From Bdellovibrionota bacterium FG-1 (GTDB lineage Bacteria > Bdellovibrionota > UBA1018), in the NCBI GenBank assembly GCA_051382295.1, contig JBBCAW010000008.1, positions 32,001 through 96,000 on the forward strand: a stretch of 64,000 bases of DNA. Reading direction: 5' to 3'. The notes below the pieces were generated by a model that worked only from the letters and a program-made list of their open reading frames with translations, was not told the origin of the DNA and searched no databases. The translations under genes and the position numbers were made by a program. Positions 36,525 to 45,796 of this stretch are shown in pieces. Each line of letters begins with the position of its first letter. Positions within the stretch are counted from its first letter, which is position 1.

Positions 36525-37280
36525 CTAAAAACTCTCCCAATCCGCCAAAATCCAACGTTTCAATTTTTCATCCCACACAAATTGTCTCGCCTGATCCCGC
36601 CAATCCTTTTCAATAATCTGCAACCGCAAAGCGTAGGGTTCATCTGCAAGAAAAAGCACCATCATCTTGACCGTCAAATCTTTAAGCGCTTTTTCGCGGG
36701 CGAGCCACCCCGAAGACGGAATAGCAGGCCGGGCCCCGAGAAATTCACGCCCATCCTCAGACCCCCAAATTCGCGAAACGATCAAGAACTTCCCTTCTGG
36801 GTCACTCTCAAAAATTTTTACCCGTCTCACCTCTTCCGGCACCTGCGCGGCAGCCTGACGATAAGCGCGAAGCTGCATTCTCGCTGGCCCAATACCCTCC
36901 GCGCTGTATGGAATTCGAATCACTTGCTTTGGATTATCCGCGCACGCAAAGATATGGGTCTGACTGCCCGCCCCCAAAAATTCTCCAAGGCGGATGATAC
37001 GGGCTCCAACCTGAACAGAATCACCTTTTCGCAGGAGCAAGATTTGTTTCTTAAAATCCTCGCCGGCAGACTGAGCCAAATCGAGGATTACAGGAGGATT
37101 TCCTTTTTGCCGTTCCGGATGATTCTTATAGTCCCGCACTCGACGGATTTCGGCTTTTGTTCGAAAAATTTGGCTTTTCTCTAAAATCTGGAGCCGCTCT
37201 AAAACATGCGCCAAATCGCATCGCGGCGCCGCCTCTACGCGGGAAAACAAAAAAAGACTCAATAGTACCGTAATCAGCAC
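36525..37280 (-). CDS. Secreted hypothetical protein with a kinase-like N-lobe motif
   Basis: Signal peptide (RVEA), LGEFLGAGSQTHIFA...QVIRIP, C-terminal WILADW. Confidence 0.55.
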   Translation of the reverse strand: MLITVLLSLFLFSRVEAAPRCDLAHVLERLQILEKSQIFRTKAEIRRVRDYKNHPERQKGNPPVILDLAQSAGEDFKKQILLLRKGDSVQVGARIIRLGEFLGAGSQTHIFACADNPKQVIRIPYSAEGIGPARMQLRAYRQAAAQVPEEVRRVKIFESDPEGKFLIVSRIWGSEDGREFLGARPAIPSSGWLAREKALKDLTVKMMVLFLADEPYALRLQIIEKDWRDQARQFVWDEKLKRWILADWESF

Positions 37281-37618
37281 TTTCTCGGGCCATCCCTATC
37301 TAGTTTATCGGCTAACCGACTCGGCCACCGGAACTTCAAAAATCTGGCAAGGACTTTTTTGTTCGGCTGCAAAAACTGAACGAGCCAAAATCCAGACCAT
37401 CAGGACTCCAAGGAGCGATATTTTCAAGTGTTTGGATTCAATTGACATATAAAAACCTCTTGTTTTTCCTCTCATTTATTATCATATCTTTTTTATCAAG
37501 TAATAGTAGTTGTGTCCTCGAAGACACTCTTGAAAGTCGCGTCCTGCATTTTATCGATAGTCCATAAACCGTTGACTCAAAGCAAGGCCGGCCCGACCAT
37601 AGAAATAGGAGAAAATTC

Positions 37619-38473
37619 ATGCCGACACCCCAAAGCCAAGTCGTTGTAACTGCGGCGCTTACCGGCGTCCTCGCCACCCGCAAACAATGCCCATCCATCC
37701 CCTACACCGCCGCTGAAATCGCCGACGAAGCGATCCGTTCTTACGAAGCCGGAGCCACCATTGTTCATATTCACGCGCGCGAAGATGACGGTTCGGCCTG
37801 CTGGCGGCCGGAGGTTTTTCAACAAATCGCCAACCTCATTCGTCCCCGCTGTCCCGTGATTCTCAATTTTTCAACCGGCGGAATTGGCAGCTCCATCCAA
37901 AATCGATCCCGCCATCTCCCCCTAGTTAAACCCGAAATGGCCGCCCTCAATATGGGCAGCATGAATTATTCGCTCTATAGTGCGCGCCAAAAGAAATTCA
38001 TCATGCGCGGAGTTTTTTTAAATCCCTTCGAAGACATTGAATTTTTGCTCAAACTCATGGCTGACAACGGTGTGATTCCAGAACTCGAATGCTTCGACGC
38101 TGGCCACATTTGCAACGCAGATCCTTTTATCGACATGGGACTGCTCAAACCGCCTTTTCACTTTTCGCTCATTATGGGCGTCACGGGCGGAATTTCAGCC
38201 ACCCCCCAAAACCTTCGCAACCAGGTAGGTCTTCTCCCAGGCGGAGCCAATTGGCAACTCGTCGGCATCAGCAAAGAACAATGGGAACTCGTGGATCTTT
38301 CGCTCGACCTCGGAGGGCATATTCGCGTGGGCCTCGAAGACAATTTTTACCTTCCGAATGGCGAAATGGCTAAATCCAATGCAGAGCTCGTCGAAATGGC
38401 CGTAAAAAGGGTACTCGGTCGAGGCCAAAAAGTAGCGACGATTGAGGAAACGAGAAAGATGCTAAAGGGCTGA
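37619..38473 (+). CDS. Beta-keto acid cleavage enzyme (BKACE/Kce, DUF849)
   Basis: TAALTG, AGATIVHIHAR, STGG, LNMGSMN, PELECFD, GGHIRVGLEDN. Confidence 0.93.
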   Translation: MPTPQSQVVVTAALTGVLATRKQCPSIPYTAAEIADEAIRSYEAGATIVHIHAREDDGSACWRPEVFQQIANLIRPRCPVILNFSTGGIGSSIQNRSRHLPLVKPEMAALNMGSMNYSLYSARQKKFIMRGVFLNPFEDIEFLLKLMADNGVIPELECFDAGHICNADPFIDMGLLKPPFHFSLIMGVTGGISATPQNLRNQVGLLPGGANWQLVGISKEQWELVDLSLDLGGHIRVGLEDNFYLPNGEMAKSNAELVEMAVKRVLGRGQKVATIEETRKMLKG

Positions 38474-39679
38474 CTCTTTGACCTTTTTACTCCCGCTATA
38501 CATCTCGTATTTAAGAAGCCGGCACTCAATGGCGCCGTTAAAAAGCACAAATCTGCGCGAGGCTTTGAGTCCTACAGCCTTGGCCAGATCCGGATTGCTG
38601 GTAAGGATATACCCTTCCCAACCCGCGAAGCGTTTTTTGAAAATGTCGCCCATTTCCTTGTAGACGGGTTTGAGCTCTTCCGTCTCACCTAGGCGCTCGC
38701 CGTAGGGAGGATTCATGACCACCAGGCCATGCTCTTGACCGGGGAGCGGAGCCAAATCCAACAGCTCCCGTTTTTCGATGTGCACTTTACCGTGAAGCCC
38801 CGCACCTTCAACATGACTGATCGCAATTCGAACTGCCTCCGAATCTCGATCATATCCAGCGATTCGCGGCAAAAGCTTGGGATCCTTGATCTCAGCGGCT
38901 TGAGCTTCCGCCACCAGCCGCGCCCACAGCGCCGGCACATGTCCCTGCCATCCCATAAAACCAAACCGCTTACGACTAAGTCCCGGCGCACGATTGACCG
39001 CCATCAACGCGGCTTCGATCGGAATCGTCCCAGAGCCACACATCGGGTCAATCAGAGCTGGCATCGCCGAACTTTGGCCAGCTTCTCGACCTTTTTTGAG
39101 CGCGTCAGGCCAGCCCGCCAACATTAAAATCGCAGCCGCCAAATTTTCCTTAAGCGGCGCTTCAACACTCTCTTCACGATAGCCTCGACGATGAAGACTC
39201 TGACCCGAAAGATCCAAACTCACCGTCGCCTCGTTTTCAAGGACATAGACATTGATTCGCAAATCAGGATCTACCGAATCCACTGAAGGCCGCTCTCCGA
39301 GCACACTCCTCAATTGGTCACAAATGGCATCCTTCGTTTTGAGTGCGCCAAAGTGGGTATGCTCAATGTCAGATTTCGACGACGAAAAATCCACCGACAG
39401 GGTTTGGCGAGGAGTGATGTGCTCGGACCAACGGATCGACTTGACGCCGCCGTAAAGCTTTTCAGGAGTCGGCGCCGAAAATGTCTTCAACGGAAGAAGC
39501 ACGCGATTCGCAATTCGCGACCCTAGACAAGCGCGATAAGCCACTTCGAGTGGCCCTTGAAAAGCCACCCCCGCACGAGTCACTTTGACGGACCCGGCGC
39601 CTAACGCCAGAAGCTCTTGCTCAAGCAAGGACTCCATTCCTTTGGCAGTCGTGGCAAAAAAAGAAAGGTTGGCAGCCAT
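38462..39679 (-). CDS. rlmL: THUMP-domain 23S rRNA m2G2445 methyltransferase (stand-alone RlmL)
   Basis: LHRRGYR, APLKENLAAAIL, DPMCGSGT, NPPYGERL. Confidence 0.9.
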   Translation of the reverse strand: MAANLSFFATTAKGMESLLEQELLALGAGSVKVTRAGVAFQGPLEVAYRACLGSRIANRVLLPLKTFSAPTPEKLYGGVKSIRWSEHITPRQTLSVDFSSSKSDIEHTHFGALKTKDAICDQLRSVLGERPSVDSVDPDLRINVYVLENEATVSLDLSGQSLHRRGYREESVEAPLKENLAAAILMLAGWPDALKKGREAGQSSAMPALIDPMCGSGTIPIEAALMAVNRAPGLSRKRFGFMGWQGHVPALWARLVAEAQAAEIKDPKLLPRIAGYDRDSEAVRIAISHVEGAGLHGKVHIEKRELLDLAPLPGQEHGLVVMNPPYGERLGETEELKPVYKEMGDIFKKRFAGWEGYILTSNPDLAKAVGLKASRRFVLFNGAIECRLLKYEMYSGSKKVKESAL

Positions 39680-39743
39680 TCACACTGCATTATCAGGCTT
39701 TACTCTATGCGTCGACCAGGAAGTCGCGATAGAGTTCCCTGAA

Positions 39744-40112
39744 ATGAGATTTTTTTGGATGGGATTTTTTGGACTCGTCGGTATTTTTTCGCGTTTCGGC
39801 GTCGATACCCTCGTACTCAAGGCTGGCGCCCCGGCGCCGTGGGGGACACTCACCATCAATAGCCTAGGTTCATTTATCGCCGGCGTGTTTTTTGCCATCG
39901 GGGCCGAAAAAGGCCTCATATCCCCCGACTTACTCACCCCCCTTATGGTGGGCTTACTTGGCGGCTTTACTACCTTTTCTGCCTTTTCACTTCAAAGCGC
40001 GCTGTTACTGCAGGAAAAAACCCCCTGGCTGGGGTTGCTGTACCTTTCGCTGACCCCGCTTTTAGGAGCCCTTCTCAGTTTTGCTGGCTTGTTCGTCGGA
40101 AGACGAATCTAA
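39744..40112 (+). CDS. crcB: Fluoride channel Fluc/CrcB
   Basis: PWGTLTINSLGSF and GLLGGFTTFSAF motifs; four TM segments. Confidence 0.9.
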   Translation: MRFFWMGFFGLVGIFSRFGVDTLVLKAGAPAPWGTLTINSLGSFIAGVFFAIGAEKGLISPDLLTPLMVGLLGGFTTFSAFSLQSALLLQEKTPWLGLLYLSLTPLLGALLSFAGLFVGRRI

Positions 40113-40915
40113 CGAGTCAAGCTGCAGACAAGCCGACTCACCTGATCATTAAAATAAAGAGTCGAATCCAAATCATTGATTCGCCCGCCCCTCTCATCAA
40201 TGGCTAGAACAGCGATCGATCCAGATGCAAGCCCTTGGAACTGCAGAATTCCCGTTCTATTCGCGAGCTGAACACCTTCAAAAATCGCTAACATACTCAC
40301 CGTGCCCGGAAACTGTGAATCCCAGCCCTGGATTCGCATCTCATACCCACCCTTTCGGGACACCTGGATCACATCCACATAAAGGGGATGCGCTGCCCCC
40401 AAGCTGTGACAAGTCCATCCATAAAACGAAAGACTCTCAGCTCCGCCAAACGATTTCCGAGTCAGCCCCATAGGTTGATCCATCACGAGTTCCACTTTGC
40501 GCAAATCAGAAAGAATTCCGTAGCCACGCGACAAAGCATTCACACGCCCTTCAACCAAAAGACGCGCCCCTGAGCGAACCATGACCGATTGGAGCTCCAC
40601 AAACTGAGGAGCCGCCATTGAGCCTTTGGCAAACACCTGATCTACTTCGTAATGAACCCCACCTGATTCAATATTCAGTGCCCAATAAGTTTGTGTGTGA
40701 GGACAAACAAAAGCGTTGTCCTTCGCGTCGTCATCGCAATACACCAGCGGTATGACAGTTTGACGCGCTTCAAAACTCGCCGTTCCCCTGATTTGAATAT
40801 ACTCTCCATTGTCCGCGACTTGAAAAGGTCGTGAATCAGCAAAAGTCACCAAAGGAAAAAGAACTCCAAAAAGAACCCCAACGATCCAACTCAATCCACT
40901 CATCTTGATTTGCAT
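40109..40915 (-). CDS. Secreted hypothetical protein
   Basis: Signal peptide (VTFA), Cys pairs, sigma54 promoter upstream. Confidence 0.65.
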   Translation of the reverse strand: MQIKMSGLSWIVGVLFGVLFPLVTFADSRPFQVADNGEYIQIRGTASFEARQTVIPLVYCDDDAKDNAFVCPHTQTYWALNIESGGVHYEVDQVFAKGSMAAPQFVELQSVMVRSGARLLVEGRVNALSRGYGILSDLRKVELVMDQPMGLTRKSFGGAESLSFYGWTCHSLGAAHPLYVDVIQVSRKGGYEMRIQGWDSQFPGTVSMLAIFEGVQLANRTGILQFQGLASGSIAVLAIDERGGRINDLDSTLYFNDQVSRLVCSLTR

Positions 40916-40942
40916 GCCATTCCCCTTAAAGAGGGCGCATGA

Positions 40943-40958
40943 AGCAAACAGTATGCCA
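40943..40958 (-). promoter_or_regulatory. Sigma54 -24/-12 promoter
   Basis: Minus strand TGGCATACTGTTTGCT. Confidence 0.75.
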
Positions 40959-40961
40959 CAC

Positions 40962-42290
40962 TTAATCAGTCACGCCGATCCAACATTTGAGGTAACGTCC
41001 TTCCGGAAACTCAGCCAAAACGGGATGATCAGGGGATTGCATTCCCCGCCCCACCCAACGCACATTCAGGTGATTTCGAAGTGCTGCCTTGGACAAGGTT
41101 CGTGCAAATTCTTCTTCTTCTAACAAGGCCGAACAAGAACAGCTCACCACCGAGCCACCTTTTCGAACAAGACGAAACGCTTGGGTATGAAGCTGCAAAT
41201 AGGCATGAGTTCCCGGACCCAAGTCTTTACGCCCCTTAATGAGTGCAGGAGGGTCTGAAATGACCAAATCAAAAGCGCCAGAAGGCAAAGATGCCAAATC
41301 TTTCAAAACATCGCCCCGTAGGGTTTCGCACTGGGAATCTTGCATTTCGATATTACGCTTTGCAAAGTAAAGCGCCTTTTCAGAGGCATCCACGGCTGTG
41401 ACATGAGACGCCAAACCCGACGCCCGAAATGCACTACTGAGTTGCGCACCCCATTGCCCCACGTAACAACAAAGATCCAAAATTCTAAGAGGCCGGCCCC
41501 CCCCTTCTGTCGCAGCGCGCGCTAACGGGTGACGTAACTTGAGTGCGGCCAGCTGAATGTTGGCAAACTGGTCTAGAAAGAAACCCGTCTTTTGCCCCCC
41601 CACTAGATCACAACCCAACTCGATCGCCCTCTCACCCCGACTATCAGTCCAAACCGAGGCCACCTGAATTTTGGCCTCACTTAAATCCATGCCAGGAATC
41701 GCCCGCACCAAAACGGGATCTTCGACCTCTAGACCCTCGAGTTTTCGCACTCCAACATCATTGCGCAAAACGAGCGCCGTTCGATTCCAGCGAGGTCCTC
41801 CAGACTGAGAGTCAGCATTTGTCATCCACTCAAGAGCTTCCCAAACTTTTGGGATCAAGCGCTGCGCACCGGCGGTATGAGCCTGAACGACATAAACCTG
41901 CGCTTGTTCCGCCAAGACGTAGCGATCAATCACAAGCCCAGGAATACGATCAGATTCACCAAAACACAGGCGATGGCTCCAACGAGAAATGCCACTCACC
42001 TCGCGGACGTGTTGAGCCGAATGCAAAGTCCGCAGAATACTTTCAACCGAGTCTGGCGCTGTCACGCCTGGATCACGCGAAAGGGCTCGAAATGCGATCA
42101 GAGAGGCAGCGTTCCCATACCCACGAGCCAAAAAGGCATCTTTGGCATCTCTGAGCTCAACGAGGGCCCCGGGCTCAACCCCTTTAGGGCTCGCTGCGAG
42201 CTCATTTGAATAAACCCAGGGGTGCCCCGATCGAAAACGACGATCAGCACCCGGACGAAGACGCCAAACAACAGAAGGAGACTGCGGCAT
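40962..42290 (-). CDS. rlmI: RlmI-family PUA-domain rRNA m5C methyltransferase
   Basis: GHPWVYSNE, ESDRIPGLVIDRY, GQKTGFFLDQ, DPPA, CSCS, DHP, YLK. Confidence 0.85.
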   Translation of the reverse strand: MPQSPSVVWRLRPGADRRFRSGHPWVYSNELAASPKGVEPGALVELRDAKDAFLARGYGNAASLIAFRALSRDPGVTAPDSVESILRTLHSAQHVREVSGISRWSHRLCFGESDRIPGLVIDRYVLAEQAQVYVVQAHTAGAQRLIPKVWEALEWMTNADSQSGGPRWNRTALVLRNDVGVRKLEGLEVEDPVLVRAIPGMDLSEAKIQVASVWTDSRGERAIELGCDLVGGQKTGFFLDQFANIQLAALKLRHPLARAATEGGGRPLRILDLCCYVGQWGAQLSSAFRASGLASHVTAVDASEKALYFAKRNIEMQDSQCETLRGDVLKDLASLPSGAFDLVISDPPALIKGRKDLGPGTHAYLQLHTQAFRLVRKGGSVVSCSCSALLEEEEFARTLSKAALRNHLNVRWVGRGMQSPDHPVLAEFPEGRYLKCWIGVTD

Positions 42291-42370
42291 AGCGCCGCTA
42301 CATATAACTGAATGAAATTAAAAGCAAAAACAAAAACCAAGAATTCCACTCCGAAAAAATCTATGATTAC

Positions 42371-43918
42371 ATGAATCTGATGACCCCTCCCTCAAACTGG
42401 CCAGTGTTAAACTGGAAAGAAGCTGCCACCCTCGTCCAAACCATTCGCCCTCTGATCGAGGGCTTATTTGTCGACCGCATCGTTGTCGCCCAACGTCCTG
42501 AATTCCCTGACGGCTTTTTGCGAAATGAGTGGACTATCCGCCTCACAAGTCGCCAGGCGGAGTCAGCGTTGTTTTTTTGCCTCAGACCCCGCCATCCCTA
42601 TTTTGCTCTATGCCCTGCCAGAGGCCCCAAGGCCGCCCTCCAAGCAACACATTCCCCCTTTACCCTGAACCTTTCCAAGGCAATCAAAGGGGCGAAGATT
42701 TTAAAAATCGAGGCCATCTCTCAGGAGCGAATCATGGTCCTTTGGTTTTCTTCCGAAGGCCACTCTCCGGAAGTTGAAAAACTGGGGTTGGTCCTCTGCC
42801 TCATTCCTGCCATGCCCGAAGCCCTTCTTGTCCGAGCTCGAAGAGAGTCCCCAGAAAAATGGGAAATCTTAGCGCGCAGCCGCACCCTTTCGCCGTCCGC
42901 AGCTCAAAAGGCCTCTGCTTTTTTTAGCCCGCCCACGGGATCGCAAGCTCCTCCCAACCCGACAGTACGCGAGGAGCTCTTCCAAACACCCGGCACTTTT
43001 TTTCAAGTCATTGACAAACTCCTCACTCAAGAGGCGTTTGAACTCCGCCTCAAAACGGCTGAAAAGGAGCTTCGAGATCGCATCAAAGGGGCGACAGAAA
43101 GACTCAAACAAAGTCGCCTCGCCTTCCATGAGGCCACCCGAGAATCGGATTGGCTTCAGTACGGCGAAACTTTAAAAAACACCCTGCCTCATACTCCAGA
43201 ATGTTTGGAACAGGGGAGTAAACATTTTCGTCAAGTTCTGGATTTTGCGACAGGAGAAGAAATACAAATCCCCTGCGACCCTAGACTGGACGCTCGGGAA
43301 CAGGTCGAGCGATTTTTTTACTTAGCGAGACGCAAAAAACGTCGCATTGAAGAAGCACGCTCCCGCATCGATCAGTTTGAACAAAATATCCACAAATGGG
43401 AAACCGCCCTGACCCGCGCGCCCGGTCTGGGAGATTGGGCGAACCTTGAAAAGCTTGAGCGACAGGCCAATATTTTTATTCAAAAACCTGCGCCGGATGG
43501 AAAAAGCCCTCCGAGCGGCAAACGAAAACTCTCGAGCTGGATGGGTAAAACCTTCACCTCTGGGGATGGGCTGGTCATCCTAGCAGGACGGAGTAAGGAC
43601 GAAAACCTTGACCTCACTTTCAAACAAGCCAAGGGCAACGACATTTGGTTACATGTGCGAGGACGCCCGGGGGCTCATGTGGTGATCGTGCTTTCACCCG
43701 GCAAATCCCCCCCCCTCGAAACACTCTTGGATGCGGCCACGCTGGCCATTTACTACAGTGGAGGAGAACACTGGGGAAAAACCGAAGTGGATTACACCTT
43801 TAAAAAATACGTGCGCCGAATCAAGGACTCAACCGAAGCAAGTTATATCAATAACAAGACCTTGATCATCGAGCCCGACCCAAAACGAATCAAACGACTT
43901 TTGGATGCAGCTGAGTAA
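42371..43918 (+). CDS. NFACT/RqcH (FbpA)-family ribosome quality-control protein
   Basis: NFACT-N region (QERIM), coiled coil, C-terminal NFACT-R GRSKDENLDLT, WLHVRGRPGAHVVI, AATLAIYYS, VDYT. Confidence 0.85.
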   Translation: MNLMTPPSNWPVLNWKEAATLVQTIRPLIEGLFVDRIVVAQRPEFPDGFLRNEWTIRLTSRQAESALFFCLRPRHPYFALCPARGPKAALQATHSPFTLNLSKAIKGAKILKIEAISQERIMVLWFSSEGHSPEVEKLGLVLCLIPAMPEALLVRARRESPEKWEILARSRTLSPSAAQKASAFFSPPTGSQAPPNPTVREELFQTPGTFFQVIDKLLTQEAFELRLKTAEKELRDRIKGATERLKQSRLAFHEATRESDWLQYGETLKNTLPHTPECLEQGSKHFRQVLDFATGEEIQIPCDPRLDAREQVERFFYLARRKKRRIEEARSRIDQFEQNIHKWETALTRAPGLGDWANLEKLERQANIFIQKPAPDGKSPPSGKRKLSSWMGKTFTSGDGLVILAGRSKDENLDLTFKQAKGNDIWLHVRGRPGAHVVIVLSPGKSPPLETLLDAATLAIYYSGGEHWGKTEVDYTFKKYVRRIKDSTEASYINNKTLIIEPDPKRIKRLLDAAE

Positions 43919-44201
43919 CAATTTCTTCTGCCGACTTCCCTACGCAGAGCACATCTTTTTGCTTTGAACTCTGACCCCGTAAGATCGCGATTTGGCTTGC
44001 CGGTATTCGAAGAGCCTTTTTCAAAAATCGGATCACTTCTTCGTTGGCTTCGCCATCCACGGGAGGCGCAGCGATCCGAATTTTCAGTCGCGGGGGCACC
44101 CCGTGCGGCCCCACCACTTCTGAACGTGAGGCTTTAGGCTGAATAAGGAGCATCAACACGATGCCTTTTTCAGTATTTTTAATCCATTCAGGAAGGGTCA
44201 T
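43890..44201 (-). CDS. DUF167 (YggU/UPF0235) protein
   Basis: QPKASRS, LKIRIAAPPVDGEAN, GQSSKQK. Confidence 0.92.
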   Translation of the reverse strand: MTLPEWIKNTEKGIVLMLLIQPKASRSEVVGPHGVPPRLKIRIAAPPVDGEANEEVIRFLKKALRIPASQIAILRGQSSKQKDVLCVGKSAEEIVTQLHPKVV

Positions 44202-44212
44202 TCGTCCGATCC

Positions 44213-45526
44213 TTATTTTACAAAATGCTTGACGACATATTCCAAGGCTTCTTCTTTGGAATGAAGCTTATTCTCCAGAGACAAATCCTCGATAACACGA
44301 AGGATTTCTGAAAACCCTGGGCCAGGCTTAAGTCCCAGCTGAATCAAATCATCCCCTGCGAGCAACTTGAGAGTCTCCGAACCTTCTTTTTGAATTTCCT
44401 GCCACCTCGAACTACAGAATTCGAAAAAAGCCAAATTTCCGTCCGTCACCGTGGCTACGACCCGATGCAGCGCCAAAAGCTCATCAAAGCCTGACTGACG
44501 AATAAATCGTTGAAGCGTTGCCTCCCGCATCTTGAAGGCCTCTTTGAACTTCCCCTCTTCTTCAATCAAAAAGCACACCCGCTCAATCTCATGACGAGAC
44601 ATCTTCATGCGCTCGCAAATAGTCCGTGCCACGTCTGCGGCACCCGAACCACTTCTAGGCACCTCAAGCAAGACCGCCGCCCACGACAAGGAATCAGAAC
44701 GCTGAGGATACCGATGCGCAAGAACCTCTAAAACCCGCAAAGTTCGCCCCCAAGGTTGCTCCTGAGATGTCACCCCCTTGAGCGCCTCCACTTCTGGGAG
44801 CACCCAGCACAATAGCCCGAGTGTCGAGAGCGCCTGGAGCGCTTCCGATGGCCTCGGCCCATTCCAGATTAAAGTCAGCTCGGCATGCACCCTTTCCTCA
44901 CTGACCTTCACCAAAAGGCGGGCGCGCGCGGAGATGGCCTCCTGGGTATGAGGTTCGATCGTTAAACCCAAACAAGAACTAAAGCGAACAGCACGAAGCA
45001 AACGAAGGGCGTCTTCGCGAAAACGCACCGAGGGGTCTCCGATGGCGCGAATGACTCCCGCCCGCAAATCCTCAATGCCCCCAACAGTATCTAAAATCCG
45101 TGACATCTTTGGGTCAAAAAACATCGCGTTGATCGTAAAATCGCGGCGTTTTGCATCTTCTTCGGGACCTGAAAAGCGAACTCCCACCGGATGCCGGTGA
45201 TCCTGATAATCCAGATCCTCCCTAAAAGTCGCAATTTCTAAAAGGACCGGCGACCGATCCCCTTGGACCTGAACGGGCACTTTAATCACCCCAAAGGCTT
45301 TACCCACGGTTACCGCCTGCGGAAACAATCTGCAAATATCATCCGGATTGGCGCTGGTCGCGATGTCATGATCTTTGGATTCACGCCCCAATAAAAAATC
45401 ACGAACACTCCCCCCGACCACAAAAGCCACATAGCCCGCATCATTCAGGCGTTGAATCGCTTCTCTGACCCAAACCGGCAACGAAAAGGGGCGTTCAGTC
45501 CGGATCCACTTCAAGGGTTCGTCCAT
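44213..45526 (-). CDS. cca: Class II tRNA nucleotidyltransferase (CCA-adding type), HD domain degenerate
   Basis: VGGSVRD, DHDIAT, EIATFR, RRDFTINA, EDALRLLRAVRF, SEER. Start uncertain. Confidence 0.9.
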   Translation of the reverse strand: MDEPLKWIRTERPFSLPVWVREAIQRLNDAGYVAFVVGGSVRDFLLGRESKDHDIATSANPDDICRLFPQAVTVGKAFGVIKVPVQVQGDRSPVLLEIATFREDLDYQDHRHPVGVRFSGPEEDAKRRDFTINAMFFDPKMSRILDTVGGIEDLRAGVIRAIGDPSVRFREDALRLLRAVRFSSCLGLTIEPHTQEAISARARLLVKVSEERVHAELTLIWNGPRPSEALQALSTLGLLCWVLPEVEALKGVTSQEQPWGRTLRVLEVLAHRYPQRSDSLSWAAVLLEVPRSGSGAADVARTICERMKMSRHEIERVCFLIEEEGKFKEAFKMREATLQRFIRQSGFDELLALHRVVATVTDGNLAFFEFCSSRWQEIQKEGSETLKLLAGDDLIQLGLKPGPGFSEILRVIEDLSLENKLHSKEEALEYVVKHFVK

Positions 45527-45773
45527 CGAGTTCGTACTTGCTTTTGAGGACAGTGTCGGCTTGGAAACGGTCTCGAGCTTCGGTACCTTCGGCTTCTTTT
45601 TCACGAGGGTGTTTGCCTTTCGATGGACGGCGTTTTGCCTGGGGGCCGCCCGGGGACGACTCAGTGATTTTGGGCGGACTCAAGTTAGCTCCGGACTCTT
45701 CGGCACACGCGCTAGCTTGGCAGATCATGGACACCATGATCAAAAAAATGAGCGTCACCGCTAAGCGTTTCAT
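45495..45773 (-). CDS. Small secreted hypothetical protein
   Basis: Signal peptide MKRLAVTLIFL..., ends YELDGRTLEVDPD. Lies between ftsK and cca. Confidence 0.6.
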   Translation of the reverse strand: MKRLAVTLIFLIMVSMICQASACAEESGANLSPPKITESSPGGPQAKRRPSKGKHPREKEAEGTEARDRFQADTVLKSKYELDGRTLEVDPD

Positions 45774-45796
45774 AAGCGGAAAGTACCAAATCGGTC

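Noticed and set aside
36498..37184. 228-aa plus-strand ORF
   Set aside because: It is antisense to a signal-peptide-bearing ORF and has no recognisable motifs; likely a shadow frame, though not excluded.
21695..37280. Accessory patches as a prophage, IS or integron
   Set aside because: No integrase, transposase, phage structural gene, att/tRNA site or attC-like array was recognised.
37345..37365. TGGCAAGGACTTTTT as a sigma54 promoter
   Set aside because: It lacks the -12 GC at the required spacing.
39700..39745. CGCGATAGAGTTCCCT just upstream of crcB resembles the start of a fluoride riboswitch
   Set aside because: The GGxGAUGG..UUCxCC stem does not pair properly and there is no room for the downstream GCU.AUGAC element before the ATG. 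Only a simple hairpin is present.
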